This document shows, one piece after another, positions 1-9,424 of a stretch of 64,000 bases of DNA. Origin of the DNA: an uncultured Methylomirabilota bacterium (lineage in GTDB: Bacteria > Methylomirabilota > Methylomirabilia > Methylomirabilales > 2-02-FULL-66-22); the NCBI GenBank assembly GCA_963705305.1, contig OY970067.1, positions 2,368,001-2,432,000 on the forward strand. The letters run 5' to 3'. The position numbers and the translations under genes were made by a program. The notes under the pieces are model-generated. The model was not told the origin of the DNA. It did not search any database and saw only the letters and a list, made by a program, of their open reading frames with translations. How positions within the stretch are numbered: the stretch's first letter is position 1; every line of letters begins with the position of its first letter.

Positions 1-59
1 CGGGCGTCCTGCGAGGTGATCGTCGATCGGACCCCGATCCTGGCAGAGGGAGGCCAAGC

Positions 60-470
60 ATGAAAGTCATCATTCTCGGCTGCGGGCGGATGGGCAGCCG
101 GGTTGCCGCCGACTTGGCCCGGGGGGGCCACCACGTCACAGTGATCGATCGGAACGCGGACGCGTTCCGTCGATTGGACCCGAACTTCGAGGGGGCCACC
201 GTGGTGGGGACCGGCATTGACGAAGATGTGCTCCGAGCCGCCGGCATCGCCCAGGCGGATGCCTTCGTTGCCACCAGTGACAAGGATTCCACCAACATCA
301 TGGCGGCCCAGGTGGCTCGAACCGTGTTCGGGGTGCCGAAGGTCCTCGTTCGGATATCCGATCCGAACCGGGTGGAGATCTACCGCCACCTCGGCCTCGA
401 GCCCATTGCAACGACCACCGTCGGGGCTCAACTGGTCAAGCAGGCCTTGATTACCGGACAGCAGGAGTAA
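60..470 (+). CDS. trkA: TrkA-family potassium uptake protein, short NAD-binding (RCK_N-only) subunit
   Basis: Rossmann GCGRMG motif, 'LRAAGIAQADAFVA', 'NIMAAQVA'; tandem with a full-length TrkA. Confidence 0.85.
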   Translation: MKVIILGCGRMGSRVAADLARGGHHVTVIDRNADAFRRLDPNFEGATVVGTGIDEDVLRAAGIAQADAFVATSDKDSTNIMAAQVARTVFGVPKVLVRISDPNRVEIYRHLGLEPIATTTVGAQLVKQALITGQQE

Positions 471-473
471 TCC

Positions 474-1145
474 ATGTACATCATCGTGGTCGGCGGGGGC
501 AAGGTCGGGTTCTATCTGGCCAAGAGCTTGCTGGCAGAGGGGCACGAGGTCGTGGTCGTCGAACGGGATCCCGGGAAGGTCGCCGTGCTTTCCCAGGCTC
601 TGGAGACCGTCGTGCTCCAGGGGGACGGCTCCGACACGGTGATTATGGAGCAAGCCGGCATGCAGCGCGCCGCGGTGGTCGTGGCGGTGACCGGAGAGGA
701 CGAGGACAACCTCGTGGTGTGCCAGGTGGCGAAGACGAAATATGCGGTCCCGCGGGCCATCGCACGGATTAACAACCCCAAGAATGAAGGAATCTTCAAG
801 AAGCTCGGGATCGATGCGACCGTCAGCAGCACGGACGCCATCCTGTGCCAACTCGAGGCCCAGATTCCGGCTCACTCACTGGTGCATCTCCTGAGGCTGC
901 GTGCGGCGGGCGCGTCCATCGTCGACGCCAAGCTCCCGCCGGACTCTCCGGCGATCGGGCTTCCCCTGCGAGATCTCGATCTGCCCAAAGATGCCACCAT
1001 TTCCCTGGTTGTCCGGGGCAACACCGCCGTGATCCCCCGTGGCGAGACGATCCTGCAGCCCGAGGATGATGTCATTGCCGTCGCCTCCGTGGACAGCGAG
1101 GAGGCCCTGCGAAAGCTTCTCATCGGACCCCGGCTACAGGATTAG
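474..1145 (+). CDS. trkA: TrkA-family potassium uptake protein (RCK_N + RCK_C)
   Basis: GGGKVG motif, 'VTGEDEDNLVVCQ', C-terminal 'IPRGETILQPEDDV' TrkA_C. Confidence 0.9.
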   Translation: MYIIVVGGGKVGFYLAKSLLAEGHEVVVVERDPGKVAVLSQALETVVLQGDGSDTVIMEQAGMQRAAVVVAVTGEDEDNLVVCQVAKTKYAVPRAIARINNPKNEGIFKKLGIDATVSSTDAILCQLEAQIPAHSLVHLLRLRAAGASIVDAKLPPDSPAIGLPLRDLDLPKDATISLVVRGNTAVIPRGETILQPEDDVIAVASVDSEEALRKLLIGPRLQD

Positions 1146-1323
1146 GCCCCGGTCCGGATGGGAAGCAGGCAGCAGAGGGGCGCGAGGATCTCCGCAGCCT
1201 CGAAAGTTCTCCGGGGGTGTGGCGCGGCAGACGGCCGGCGGAGGATGCGGAGTCCCGGAATTCGGGTCGGGGATGGGCCGACGGCGGAGACCAGAGGCAT
1301 AGGGGCGCGCGTTGCCGTGGCGG

Positions 1324-1992
1324 CTACTGCGCTACCAAGACTGTTCCCGCCGGTGTTATCCTGAGCACTTCCAGAGTCGGCACCGTCCAGGTGGCCTCCT
1401 CCAGACCCATCGCCCCCCGCCCGCGATTCACCGCCGCGACCGGCATCCCGGCTGCCCGGGCGGCGGCCACGCCGGCGGGGCTGTCCTCCAGAACCAGACA
1501 GGCGGCCGCCGGCAGGTCCAGGCGGCGGGCCGCTGCCAGGAACGGGTCGGGGGCCGGCTTGGCGCACCGGTAATCCTCGGCCGTGACCAGGGCATCGAAG
1601 CGGCGCGTCAAGCCGAGGCGGTTGAGGATGCGCTCCACTTCGGCGCGCCGCGACCCCGTGGCCACCGCCAGCCGGGTTCCGACCGGCAGCTGCCCAAGGA
1701 AGCGGAGGGCGTCCGGGAAGGCCGGCACCTCGTCGAGGCACGCTTCGTAGAGCGCGTTCCGTCGCAGCACGACCTGCCGGCCGTGGGCCTCGAAGCGGTC
1801 GCCCAGCAGATCGCGAAGCGCCGCCTCGTCGGTCCGGCCAAGCCAGGCCTGGATGAAGCGCCCCCAGGTGAGCGTCACCCCGACTTCGGCCAGCGCCTGC
1901 ACGCCCGCCCGGAAACGGACCGGCTCGCTGTCCACCAGCACGCCGTCGAAATCGAAGAGGACGGCCCGAATCGAGGCCTCGGGTACGCTCAC
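1324..1992 (-). CDS. HAD-superfamily phosphatase (beta-PGM/CbbY-like)
   Basis: 'LFDFDGVLVDSE' motif I, 'KPAPDPF', 'VLEDSPAG'; GTG start overlaps upstream stop (GTGA). Confidence 0.85.
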   Translation of the reverse strand: MSVPEASIRAVLFDFDGVLVDSEPVRFRAGVQALAEVGVTLTWGRFIQAWLGRTDEAALRDLLGDRFEAHGRQVVLRRNALYEACLDEVPAFPDALRFLGQLPVGTRLAVATGSRRAEVERILNRLGLTRRFDALVTAEDYRCAKPAPDPFLAAARRLDLPAAACLVLEDSPAGVAAARAAGMPVAAVNRGRGAMGLEEATWTVPTLEVLRITPAGTVLVAQ

Positions 1993-3113
1993 AAGTCCAC
2001 CCAACGTCGCTCCCGGGCGGCCAGGTCGACGGCGTCCACGACCCGCTGCGCTTCGGCGCCATCCCGGAAGGTGGGATAGTCCTGCGTCTCCCCACGGAGA
2101 GCTCTGAGAAAAGCCACCCCCTGGTCCAGCTTGTATCCCAGCAGGGGATCGTCCGCACGGGGATTCCGGGGGGAACCGGGATACTTGCGGAGGTCCAGCG
2201 GCACCTCGGCCCGGACCCACTGCTGGGTGCGCGTCATGGCCGGCCCCAAGCTGAACTGCAGCTCGAACGGCTGCGTCAGCTCGTAGACGGCCGCTCCGCC
2301 CGTTCCGTGGACCTCGATGGACTGGTAGTTCTGCCGGCCCCTCCCGCCGCGGCCGGCCACGGCCCGGTTGAAGTCGAAGGTTCCAATGGCCCCGTTCCGG
2401 AACTCCACGGTGAAGGCGCAGGCATCCTCGGCGTCCACCGGCACCATCCCGGTTCCGGTGGGGCTCGGGCGCTCGCGAACGTACAGCCGGCTCACGGCGC
2501 ACACGGCCGCGATATCCCCCAGCAGATACCGGGCGAAGTCGATCCCATGCGAGGCCATGTCCGCCAGGATCCCGGAGCCGCCGTGGGCGCGCTGGTTCCG
2601 CCAGGCGGCGGGCGCGGCCGGGTCCAGCATGAAATCGGTGAAGTAGGAGAGCCGCCAGTGGCGGATCTCGCCGAAGTGGCCTTCGCCGACCAGCCGCTTC
2701 AGGTACCGTAGGGCCGGGACGAACCGGAAGGTGAAGGCCACCATGTGGACGAGCCCCGTGCGCTCGACTGCCGCCAAGAGGTCGCGCGCCTCGGCAAAAT
2801 TCAGCCCCAAGGGCTTCTCGCACAGGATGTGCTTCCCCGCCGCGATGGCCGCCCCGGCCACGGCGGCCGTGAGGTCGCTGGGGGGGCAGACCACCACCGC
2901 GTCCACATCCGGATCGGCCAAGAGTGCCCGCCAGTTGGGGTGCACCCGGGGGATGTCCCACCGCTTGGCAAAGGTCCGGGCCGCGGCCTCCAGGCGGGAG
3001 GCGACGGCGAAGACGTCGCAGAGATCCGGGCAGAGCTTCAGTGAGGGCACGTGGACCATGTCGGCGATATGGCCGGTGCCGATCACGCCCACACGAATCT
3101 TAATCTGGCTCAT
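1989..3113 (-). CDS. Gfo/Idh/MocA family oxidoreductase
   Basis: 'VGVIGTGHIA', 'GKHILCEKP', 'GGSGILADMASH'. Confidence 0.9.
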   Translation of the reverse strand: MSQIKIRVGVIGTGHIADMVHVPSLKLCPDLCDVFAVASRLEAAARTFAKRWDIPRVHPNWRALLADPDVDAVVVCPPSDLTAAVAGAAIAAGKHILCEKPLGLNFAEARDLLAAVERTGLVHMVAFTFRFVPALRYLKRLVGEGHFGEIRHWRLSYFTDFMLDPAAPAAWRNQRAHGGSGILADMASHGIDFARYLLGDIAAVCAVSRLYVRERPSPTGTGMVPVDAEDACAFTVEFRNGAIGTFDFNRAVAGRGGRGRQNYQSIEVHGTGGAAVYELTQPFELQFSLGPAMTRTQQWVRAEVPLDLRKYPGSPRNPRADDPLLGYKLDQGVAFLRALRGETQDYPTFRDGAEAQRVVDAVDLAARERRWVDL

Positions 3114-3533
3114 GCGAATGCTCCTCTCCCGCCGGCACCCGGCGCGCGCGAGTGTTCTTGCGGCGACGGCAAGTCCGGGCGATCAGCTAGCCGCCTGCTT
3201 CATACCACAGCCCCGATCGGATGGCAAAGGCGGGTGAGTCCCCAGTGGCGCGGGCCGCCCCGCCTCGCTCGACACGGGGGAGCCGCGGGGTGGACAAGCG
3301 CGGGTTAATCGCGCACTATAGCAGCGGAGCTATCCACATCATCCGGCGTGGCGCATGCGGCGTCAGGGTGCAATCGGACCGGCTGAATCTTCGCTTCTTT
3401 TTCCATTTCGGTCGGGTGAGTTCTCTCGATGGCGGTTCGGTGCTCTGCAGGGGTGTGGTGCGTATTCGTCCGCCGGGGACGTCCCACCCGCGTTCTGTCG
3501 GCTCCTCCGCCCCTCCCTCGCGACTGATACCCC

Positions 3534-5159
3534 ATGGGCCAGACACATCCTCTTGCCTATCCGGGAAGTCCAACCGTGGTGCCTCCAGTGCCCGCTCCGG
3601 AGGCCGCGAGAGCGCGGCCAGACACCAATCGCTGGCTGATCGCCCTGACCATGACGATCGGTACCTTCATGGTCGTGATGGACATCAGCGTGGTCAACGT
3701 CGCGCTTCCGTATATGATCGGGAACTTCGGCCAGAGCCTCTCGTCCATCACCTGGGTGGCCACGAGTTACAGCATCGCCGAGATCATCATGCTGACCATG
3801 GCGGGGTGGTGGACGGCCTTGCTGGGACGGAAACGGCTCTACCTGGCCTCTTACGCGCTCTTCACGGCGGGGTCCATCCTGGCGGGGACCTCCCAGAGCT
3901 TCACCCAGATGCTGGTCTACCGCACCATCCAGGGCATGGGCGGCGGCAGCCTGATCCCGCTGTCCCTGGCCATCCTGCGGGAGACGTTCCCGCCGGCCGA
4001 GCAGGGGATAGCCATGGGGGTCTACAGCATGGGGGTGGTGGTGGCGCCCGCGCTGGGTCCGGTCGTGGGCGGATACCTCACGGATCGGTTCGGCTGGCCG
4101 TGGATCTTCTACATCAATGTTCCCTTCAGCATCCTCGGCATGTTCCTGGTCTCCGCCCTGATCCACGATCCCCCCTACCTGCGGCGCGGGGTCGGGCGGG
4201 TCGACTGGACGGGGATCGCCCTCCTGACAGTGGGGCTCACCGGGCTCCAGGTGGTGTTGGAGCGGGGCGAGCAGTACGGCTGGTTCGAGTCCCGCTGGAT
4301 CGTGGAGGCCAGCGTGGTCACCGGGTTGGCCCTGGTCCTCCTGGTGGTGTGGGAGTTCCTGGCGCGCTCCCCGGTGGTGGACCTCCGCCTCCTTCGCGAC
4401 ATCGCCCTGAGCGTGGGGTCCGCCATGGGGCTGATCTTCGGCGTGGCCCTCTACGGCACGACCTTCGTGCTGCCCGAGTTCACGCAGACCCTGCTGGGAT
4501 ACACGGCCTTCGATGCGGGGCTGGTTCTCCTGCCGCGCGCCCTGGTCATCTTCATCCTCAACCCCGTGGTGGGGTGGCTGTATAATCATGTGGACGCCCG
4601 CTGGCTCATCGTGTTCGGATCCGTGGTCGTCTTCGAGGGGTACCGCGAGCTGGCGCAGCTCTCCCTGGCGGCGGCCTTCTGGAACATGGTGCCCGCCATG
4701 GTCCTGCTGGGCACCGGGATGCCCTTTCTGTTCGTGCCCATGACCACGGTCTCCGTCTCCACGGTCTCCCGGGAGGATGTCACGTCCGCCTCCGCCCTGT
4801 ACACGCTGGCGCGGCGGGTCGGGGGAAACATCGGCTACGCCCTGGTGGCAACCCTGGTGGACAGCCGGTCGCAGTTCCATCGCGCGCGCCTGGGCGCCAA
4901 CATCAGCGCGCTGAACCCGACGTTCCGGCAGTTCGACTCCGGCCTGATCGCCATCCTCAAGGATCGCGGAGTGGGTGCCGCCCAGGCGCCCCAGAAGGCG
5001 CTGGGGCTGATCGACCAGCTGTTGAACCAACACGCCGCCATGCTGGCCTACAACAACGTCTCCTGGCTGTTCGGGATCATCTTCCTGGTCGCGATGCCGC
5101 TGGTCCTGTTGCTTCCGGGGCGAAGCCGGACGGCTCGCCGATCCCGGGCCGCCAATTGA
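3534..5159 (+). CDS. DHA2 family (EmrB/QacA) MFS efflux permease
   Basis: 'DISVVNVALP', 'WVATSY', 'LGPVVGGYLTD.FGWPWIFYINVP'; many hydrophobic segments. Confidence 0.9.
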   Translation: MGQTHPLAYPGSPTVVPPVPAPEAARARPDTNRWLIALTMTIGTFMVVMDISVVNVALPYMIGNFGQSLSSITWVATSYSIAEIIMLTMAGWWTALLGRKRLYLASYALFTAGSILAGTSQSFTQMLVYRTIQGMGGGSLIPLSLAILRETFPPAEQGIAMGVYSMGVVVAPALGPVVGGYLTDRFGWPWIFYINVPFSILGMFLVSALIHDPPYLRRGVGRVDWTGIALLTVGLTGLQVVLERGEQYGWFESRWIVEASVVTGLALVLLVVWEFLARSPVVDLRLLRDIALSVGSAMGLIFGVALYGTTFVLPEFTQTLLGYTAFDAGLVLLPRALVIFILNPVVGWLYNHVDARWLIVFGSVVVFEGYRELAQLSLAAAFWNMVPAMVLLGTGMPFLFVPMTTVSVSTVSREDVTSASALYTLARRVGGNIGYALVATLVDSRSQFHRARLGANISALNPTFRQFDSGLIAILKDRGVGAAQAPQKALGLIDQLLNQHAAMLAYNNVSWLFGIIFLVAMPLVLLLPGRSRTARRSRAAN

Positions 5160-5262
5160 ATCCGCAGAGCGCAGTGCAACCGCAGAGCACGCGAAGACCG
5201 CGGCGGTGAGAGTTCCGGGCTGAGCCTCACGGGGAGGGCGGCGGGAGGCAGGGGAGATTGCC

Positions 5263-6339
5263 ATGGCCATCGTGACGGTCGTGGGCGCCGGGATGATGGG
5301 CACCGCCATCGCCTATCCCCTGGCGGACAACGGCCACAGCGTGCGCCTGGTGGGCACGCACCTGGACGCCGAGATCATCCAGCACTGCCGGGACCAGGGA
5401 GTTCATCCGCGGCTCCGGCGAGCACTGCCGCCGGGAGTCCGCCCGTTCTTCATCGAGGAGCTGGCGGGGGCCCTGGACGGGGCCGAGATCATCGTCAGCG
5501 GGGTGAACTCCCTGGGGGTGCGCTGGATCGGACGGAGGCTGGCGCCGCATCTTCGTCCAGGGCAGGCAATCATCGCCGTCACCAAAGGCCTGGAGATCTC
5601 GGCCGAGGGAGAGCCGGCCATCCTTCCCGACGTCTTGGCCGGCGAGCTGCCGGAAAGCGTTCGGGCTGAGATCGGCCTGGCGGCGATCGGGGGGCCGTGC
5701 ATCGCGGGGGAGCTGGCGGCCCGCCGCGAAAGCTGCGTCGTCTTTGCCTCTCGTGACGGCCGGCTGGTCGAGGGGTTGGCGGCGGTGTTCCGCACTGCCT
5801 ACTACCATGTCTGGACCACCACCAACCTGGTGGGTCTGGAGTACTGCGCCGCGCTGAAGAACGCCTACGCGGTGGCCGTCGGCCTGGTGCTGGGGATGCT
5901 CGAGCGAGCCGGGGGGCCGGATCCCGCCGGAGCGCACATGCACAACCTGGCGGCCGCCGTCTTCGGCCAGGCCTGCACCGAGATCGCGCGGGTGCTGGAG
6001 GTGGTGGGAGCGCCGCGCCATCTCGCCTCTGGGCTGCCGGGGGCCGGGGATCTGTACGTCACCTGCCAGGGCGGCCGCACGGTGCGGTTCGGCAGCCTGC
6101 TCGGGATGGGCAAGAGCGTCCGCGAGGCTCGCGAGATCATGGCGGGCGCGACGCTGGAGGGGGCGGAGATCATTCGCGGCATGGCGCGCCTCCTTCCCCG
6201 CCTGGCGGAACAGGGCCGCCTCGGTCCGGACGAGCTCCCGTTGATGCTATTCCTCATCGACGTTCTGGTCCGCGGCCGCCCGCCGGAGCCTTGGCTGGAC
6301 CGTTTCTTCGGCGGGGCGGACATGGGGCATAGAGCATAG
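5263..6339 (+). CDS. gpsA: NAD(P)H-dependent glycerol-3-phosphate dehydrogenase family
   Basis: 'VVGAGMMGTAIA', 'VTKGLE', 'AALKNAYAVAVG', 'GAGDLYVTC'. Confidence 0.8.
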   Translation: MAIVTVVGAGMMGTAIAYPLADNGHSVRLVGTHLDAEIIQHCRDQGVHPRLRRALPPGVRPFFIEELAGALDGAEIIVSGVNSLGVRWIGRRLAPHLRPGQAIIAVTKGLEISAEGEPAILPDVLAGELPESVRAEIGLAAIGGPCIAGELAARRESCVVFASRDGRLVEGLAAVFRTAYYHVWTTTNLVGLEYCAALKNAYAVAVGLVLGMLERAGGPDPAGAHMHNLAAAVFGQACTEIARVLEVVGAPRHLASGLPGAGDLYVTCQGGRTVRFGSLLGMGKSVREAREIMAGATLEGAEIIRGMARLLPRLAEQGRLGPDELPLMLFLIDVLVRGRPPEPWLDRFFGGADMGHRA

Positions 6340-6400
6340 CGCATGGAGCGGGGCATTGGCCCCACCCTCTGGCCCTATGCCCCATGCCTTGGGCGCCATG
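6324..6400. repeat. intergenic heptamer tandem repeats forming an imperfect inverted repeat
   Basis: ggggcat-agagcat-agcgcat followed by complementary ctatgccc/catgcc units. Confidence 0.6.
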
Positions 6401-6448
6401 CCAGAACGGCACGTCCTGACCACACCACAGAAAGGCGGGTCGAGAGCC

Positions 6449-6961
6449 ATGACAAAGATGATCTACAGCGGCCGGGTGGTCACCCTGACTCTGGAGACGG
6501 TCCGCCTGCCCAACGGCGAGACGGTCGACCTGGAGATCGTCCACCACCCGGGGGCGGCCGCCATCGTGCCGATGAAGGACGAGCGGACGGTGCTGCTCAT
6601 CCGGCAGTACCGTCACGCCGCCGGCGGCTACATTCTGGAGATCCCCGCCGGGACGCTCCGGCCGGGGGAGGAGCCGGGAGCCTGCGCGGCCCGGGAGCTG
6701 GAGGAGGAGATCGGCTATCGCGCCACCCGGCTGGAGCACCTGGCCAGCTTCCTCACCACCCCGGGATTCTCGGACGAGGTCCTGCACGCCTACCGGGCGA
6801 CCGGCCTCACGGCCGGCCGGCAGCACCTCGATCGGGACGAGGTCCTGGAGATCGTGGAGATGCCGCTAGAGGAGGCCCTCCGGCGGATCGCCGACGGCAC
6901 CATCCGGGACGGCAAGAGCATCGTCGGCCTCCAGGCAGTGGCGCTGCGCGGGCGGACCTGA
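6449..6961 (+). CDS. NUDIX hydrolase (ADP-ribose pyrophosphatase-like)
   Basis: Nudix box 'GTLRPGEEPGACAARELEEEIG'; 'VHHPGAAAI', 'RQYRHA'. Confidence 0.9.
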   Translation: MTKMIYSGRVVTLTLETVRLPNGETVDLEIVHHPGAAAIVPMKDERTVLLIRQYRHAAGGYILEIPAGTLRPGEEPGACAARELEEEIGYRATRLEHLASFLTTPGFSDEVLHAYRATGLTAGRQHLDRDEVLEIVEMPLEEALRRIADGTIRDGKSIVGLQAVALRGRT

Positions 6962-7009
6962 CGGCCCCGCGATCCAGCCGGCCGTGGCCCGATGCGCGCG
7001 CGGCCGCTG

Positions 7010-7921
7010 TCAGCGGGAGGGCGCGCCGTTCAGTGCGGGGGCCGCGCCCGTCACCTGCCAGACCGACTCCAGAAATGCCCGCAGCGCGGGCGAATCATCG
7101 TGCTCCCGCCACATGGCGGCCAGGTCCGTCGTCGGCGCCTTCAGCGGCCGGTACACGACGCCCGTGCGCTGGAGGTTGCGAAGCGATGCCGGCACCAGCG
7201 ACACACCCATGCCGCCGGCCACCAGGCTGATGATGGTCTGCATCGCCCGGGCCTCCTGGACGACCTTCGGGGTGAACCCCGCGCTGGCGCACAGCCGGAT
7301 GATCTCGTCGTAGAATCCCGGACCCAGCCGCCGCGGCACCAGCACGAACGGCTCCCCGGCCATGGCCCCCAGTGGAATCTCCCGCCGACGGGCCAGTCGG
7401 TGCGTCTCGGGTACGGCCGCCATCAGCGGCTCCCGCCAGATCACCCGCACCGAGAGCCCACCGGCATCCGCCACCGGCGGGCGCACCAGCCCCACGTCCA
7501 GCTGATCCCTGCGCATGGCCTCGACCTGCTCCTCGCTGGTCATGTCCTGGAGCGTCAGCGACAGGTCCGGGAACCGCCTGCGCACCTCCTGGAGGATCTC
7601 GGGGAAGATGCCGTACGCCACGGAGCTGACGAACCCAACCGCCAGCTGCCCGATCTCGCCGCGAGCCGCCCGCTGGGCGGCGCGCACCGCGTGCTGCGAC
7701 TGATCGAGCACCTTGCGGGCCTCCGCCAGGAACGCGGTTCCGGCTGCGGTCAGCCCGACGCGCCGGTTCGTGCGGTGCAGCAGGGCGGCGCCGATCTCGG
7801 CCTCCAGCGCCTTGATCTGTTGGCTCAGCGGGGGCTGGGCGATCCCCAGGCGCTGGGCGGCGCGGCCGAAATGCAGCTCCTCGGCCACGGCGACGAAGTA
7901 TTTCAAGTGTCGAAGCTCCAT
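7010..7921 (-). CDS. LysR family transcriptional regulator
   Basis: 'MELRHLKYFVAVAEELHFGRAAQRLGIAQPPLSQQIKALE'; divergent from an MFS gene. Confidence 0.95.
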   Translation of the reverse strand: MELRHLKYFVAVAEELHFGRAAQRLGIAQPPLSQQIKALEAEIGAALLHRTNRRVGLTAAGTAFLAEARKVLDQSQHAVRAAQRAARGEIGQLAVGFVSSVAYGIFPEILQEVRRRFPDLSLTLQDMTSEEQVEAMRRDQLDVGLVRPPVADAGGLSVRVIWREPLMAAVPETHRLARRREIPLGAMAGEPFVLVPRRLGPGFYDEIIRLCASAGFTPKVVQEARAMQTIISLVAGGMGVSLVPASLRNLQRTGVVYRPLKAPTTDLAAMWREHDDSPALRAFLESVWQVTGAAPALNGAPSR

Positions 7922-8118
7922 GTGGAAAATGATATCCATTACGTCTCATTCATTCAAGAGAGATATATTGGACATCAGAGGAATGTGGCAGTAGTTTCAC
8001 ACGCACATGAGGCCGCCGCCCGGCGGGAGGCGGGCGGCGGGAGGCCGGTGTGCGCAGCCGAGTCGATCCCCTCTGGGCAAGAAGTGAAACAGCTCCCCAA
8101 GCAAGTGTCTCGGTGAGG

Positions 8119-9330
8119 ATGATCGAGGTGCCTGCCGTATCACAGTCGGTCGACTGGACCAAGCCGCCCCGCGCGGCATCCGCGCGCCGGAGCGGGCGCG
8201 AGGTGGCGCTGTTCCTCACGGGGTTCGGCACCTTCCTGACCCTCTACGCCCCCCAGCCCCTGCTCCCGCTGTTCCGGGAGCTCTTCCAGGCCTCCGAGCT
8301 GCTGGTGAGCCTCACCGTCACGGCATCTGTGATCGCCGTGGCGCTGGCCGCCCCGCTCGTCGGGCTGGCGGCGGATGCGGTGGGCCGCAAGCGGGTCATC
8401 GTGGCCTCCATGATCGGCCTCTCCATCCCGACCGTTCTGGCCGCCACGGCCGGCAGCCTCCCGGCGCTCATCCTGTGGCGATTTCTCCAGGGCCTCTTCG
8501 TGCCGGGCATCATCGCCGTCGCCATGGCGTATATCAGCGAGGAGTCGCCGGCCCACGTGGTGGCCGCGACCATGGCCACCTATGTCACCGGAACGGTGGT
8601 CGGGGGGTTTTCCGGCCGTTTCGCCAGCGGCTTGGTCGCCATGCACCGGGGGTGGCCGGCGGCCTTCGTCGTGCTGGGCGTGGCGGCCATGTTGGGGGGG
8701 CTGGCGACATGGTGGCTGCTGCCCCGCTCCACCAAGTTCATCCGGCAGCGCACCGCCTTCGCCTCCCTCCGGGCGTTCCGCGAGCACGTGCGGAACCCGC
8801 GGCTCCTCGCGACCTACGCGGTCGGGTTCAACGTCCTGTTCGTCCAGGTCGCCTCATTCACCTACGTCAATTTCTACCTGGCCGACAAGCCCTTCGGCCT
8901 CGGCCCCGGCGCGCTCTCCTCGATCTTCGCCGTGTATCTGATCGGCGCCGCCGTGACCCCGTCCGCCGGCCAGATCATCGACCGGGTGGGGTATCGCCGC
9001 GCCCTCGTGGGAGCGGTCTGCCTGGGCAGCGTGGGCATCCTCCTGACCCTCCTTCACGTCCTGGCGGCCGTGATCGCCGGGCTGGCCCTCTCCTGCACCG
9101 GAGTCTTCGCGTGCCAGGCTGCGGCCTCCAGCCACGTGGGGGAGGCGGCGGGTCACGCCCGCTCGTCCGCCGCCGGTCTGTACGTCTCCCTCTACTACCT
9201 CGGCGGCGGGGCCGGCTCCGTCATCCCGGGCCTGCTCTGGAGACAGGCCGGCTGGCCCGGCTGCGTCGGACTCATCCTGGCCGTGGAGGCCGTCACCGCC
9301 TGGATCGCCTATACGGCGTGGAAGGATTAG
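8119..9330 (+). CDS. MFS transporter (YnfM-like)
   Basis: 'LYAPQPLLP', 'ADAVGRKR', 'AMAYISEE', 'YYLGG'; start approximate. Confidence 0.85.
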   Translation: MIEVPAVSQSVDWTKPPRAASARRSGREVALFLTGFGTFLTLYAPQPLLPLFRELFQASELLVSLTVTASVIAVALAAPLVGLAADAVGRKRVIVASMIGLSIPTVLAATAGSLPALILWRFLQGLFVPGIIAVAMAYISEESPAHVVAATMATYVTGTVVGGFSGRFASGLVAMHRGWPAAFVVLGVAAMLGGLATWWLLPRSTKFIRQRTAFASLRAFREHVRNPRLLATYAVGFNVLFVQVASFTYVNFYLADKPFGLGPGALSSIFAVYLIGAAVTPSAGQIIDRVGYRRALVGAVCLGSVGILLTLLHVLAAVIAGLALSCTGVFACQAAASSHVGEAAGHARSSAAGLYVSLYYLGGGAGSVIPGLLWRQAGWPGCVGLILAVEAVTAWIAYTAWKD

Positions 9331-9364
9331 CGCGCCGGGGGGAATCCCTGGCTCTGGAAAAATG

Positions 9365-9399
9365 AAGCGCCGGTCGGAGTCCGACCGGCGCTTTCTTTC
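9365..9399. terminator. intrinsic, probably bidirectional terminator
   Basis: 13-bp perfect stem aagcgccggtcgg/ccgaccggcgctt with T-rich tail, between convergent genes. Confidence 0.8.
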
Positions 9400-9424
9400 A
9401 TCCTTGAACAGTCTGCCTGGATTG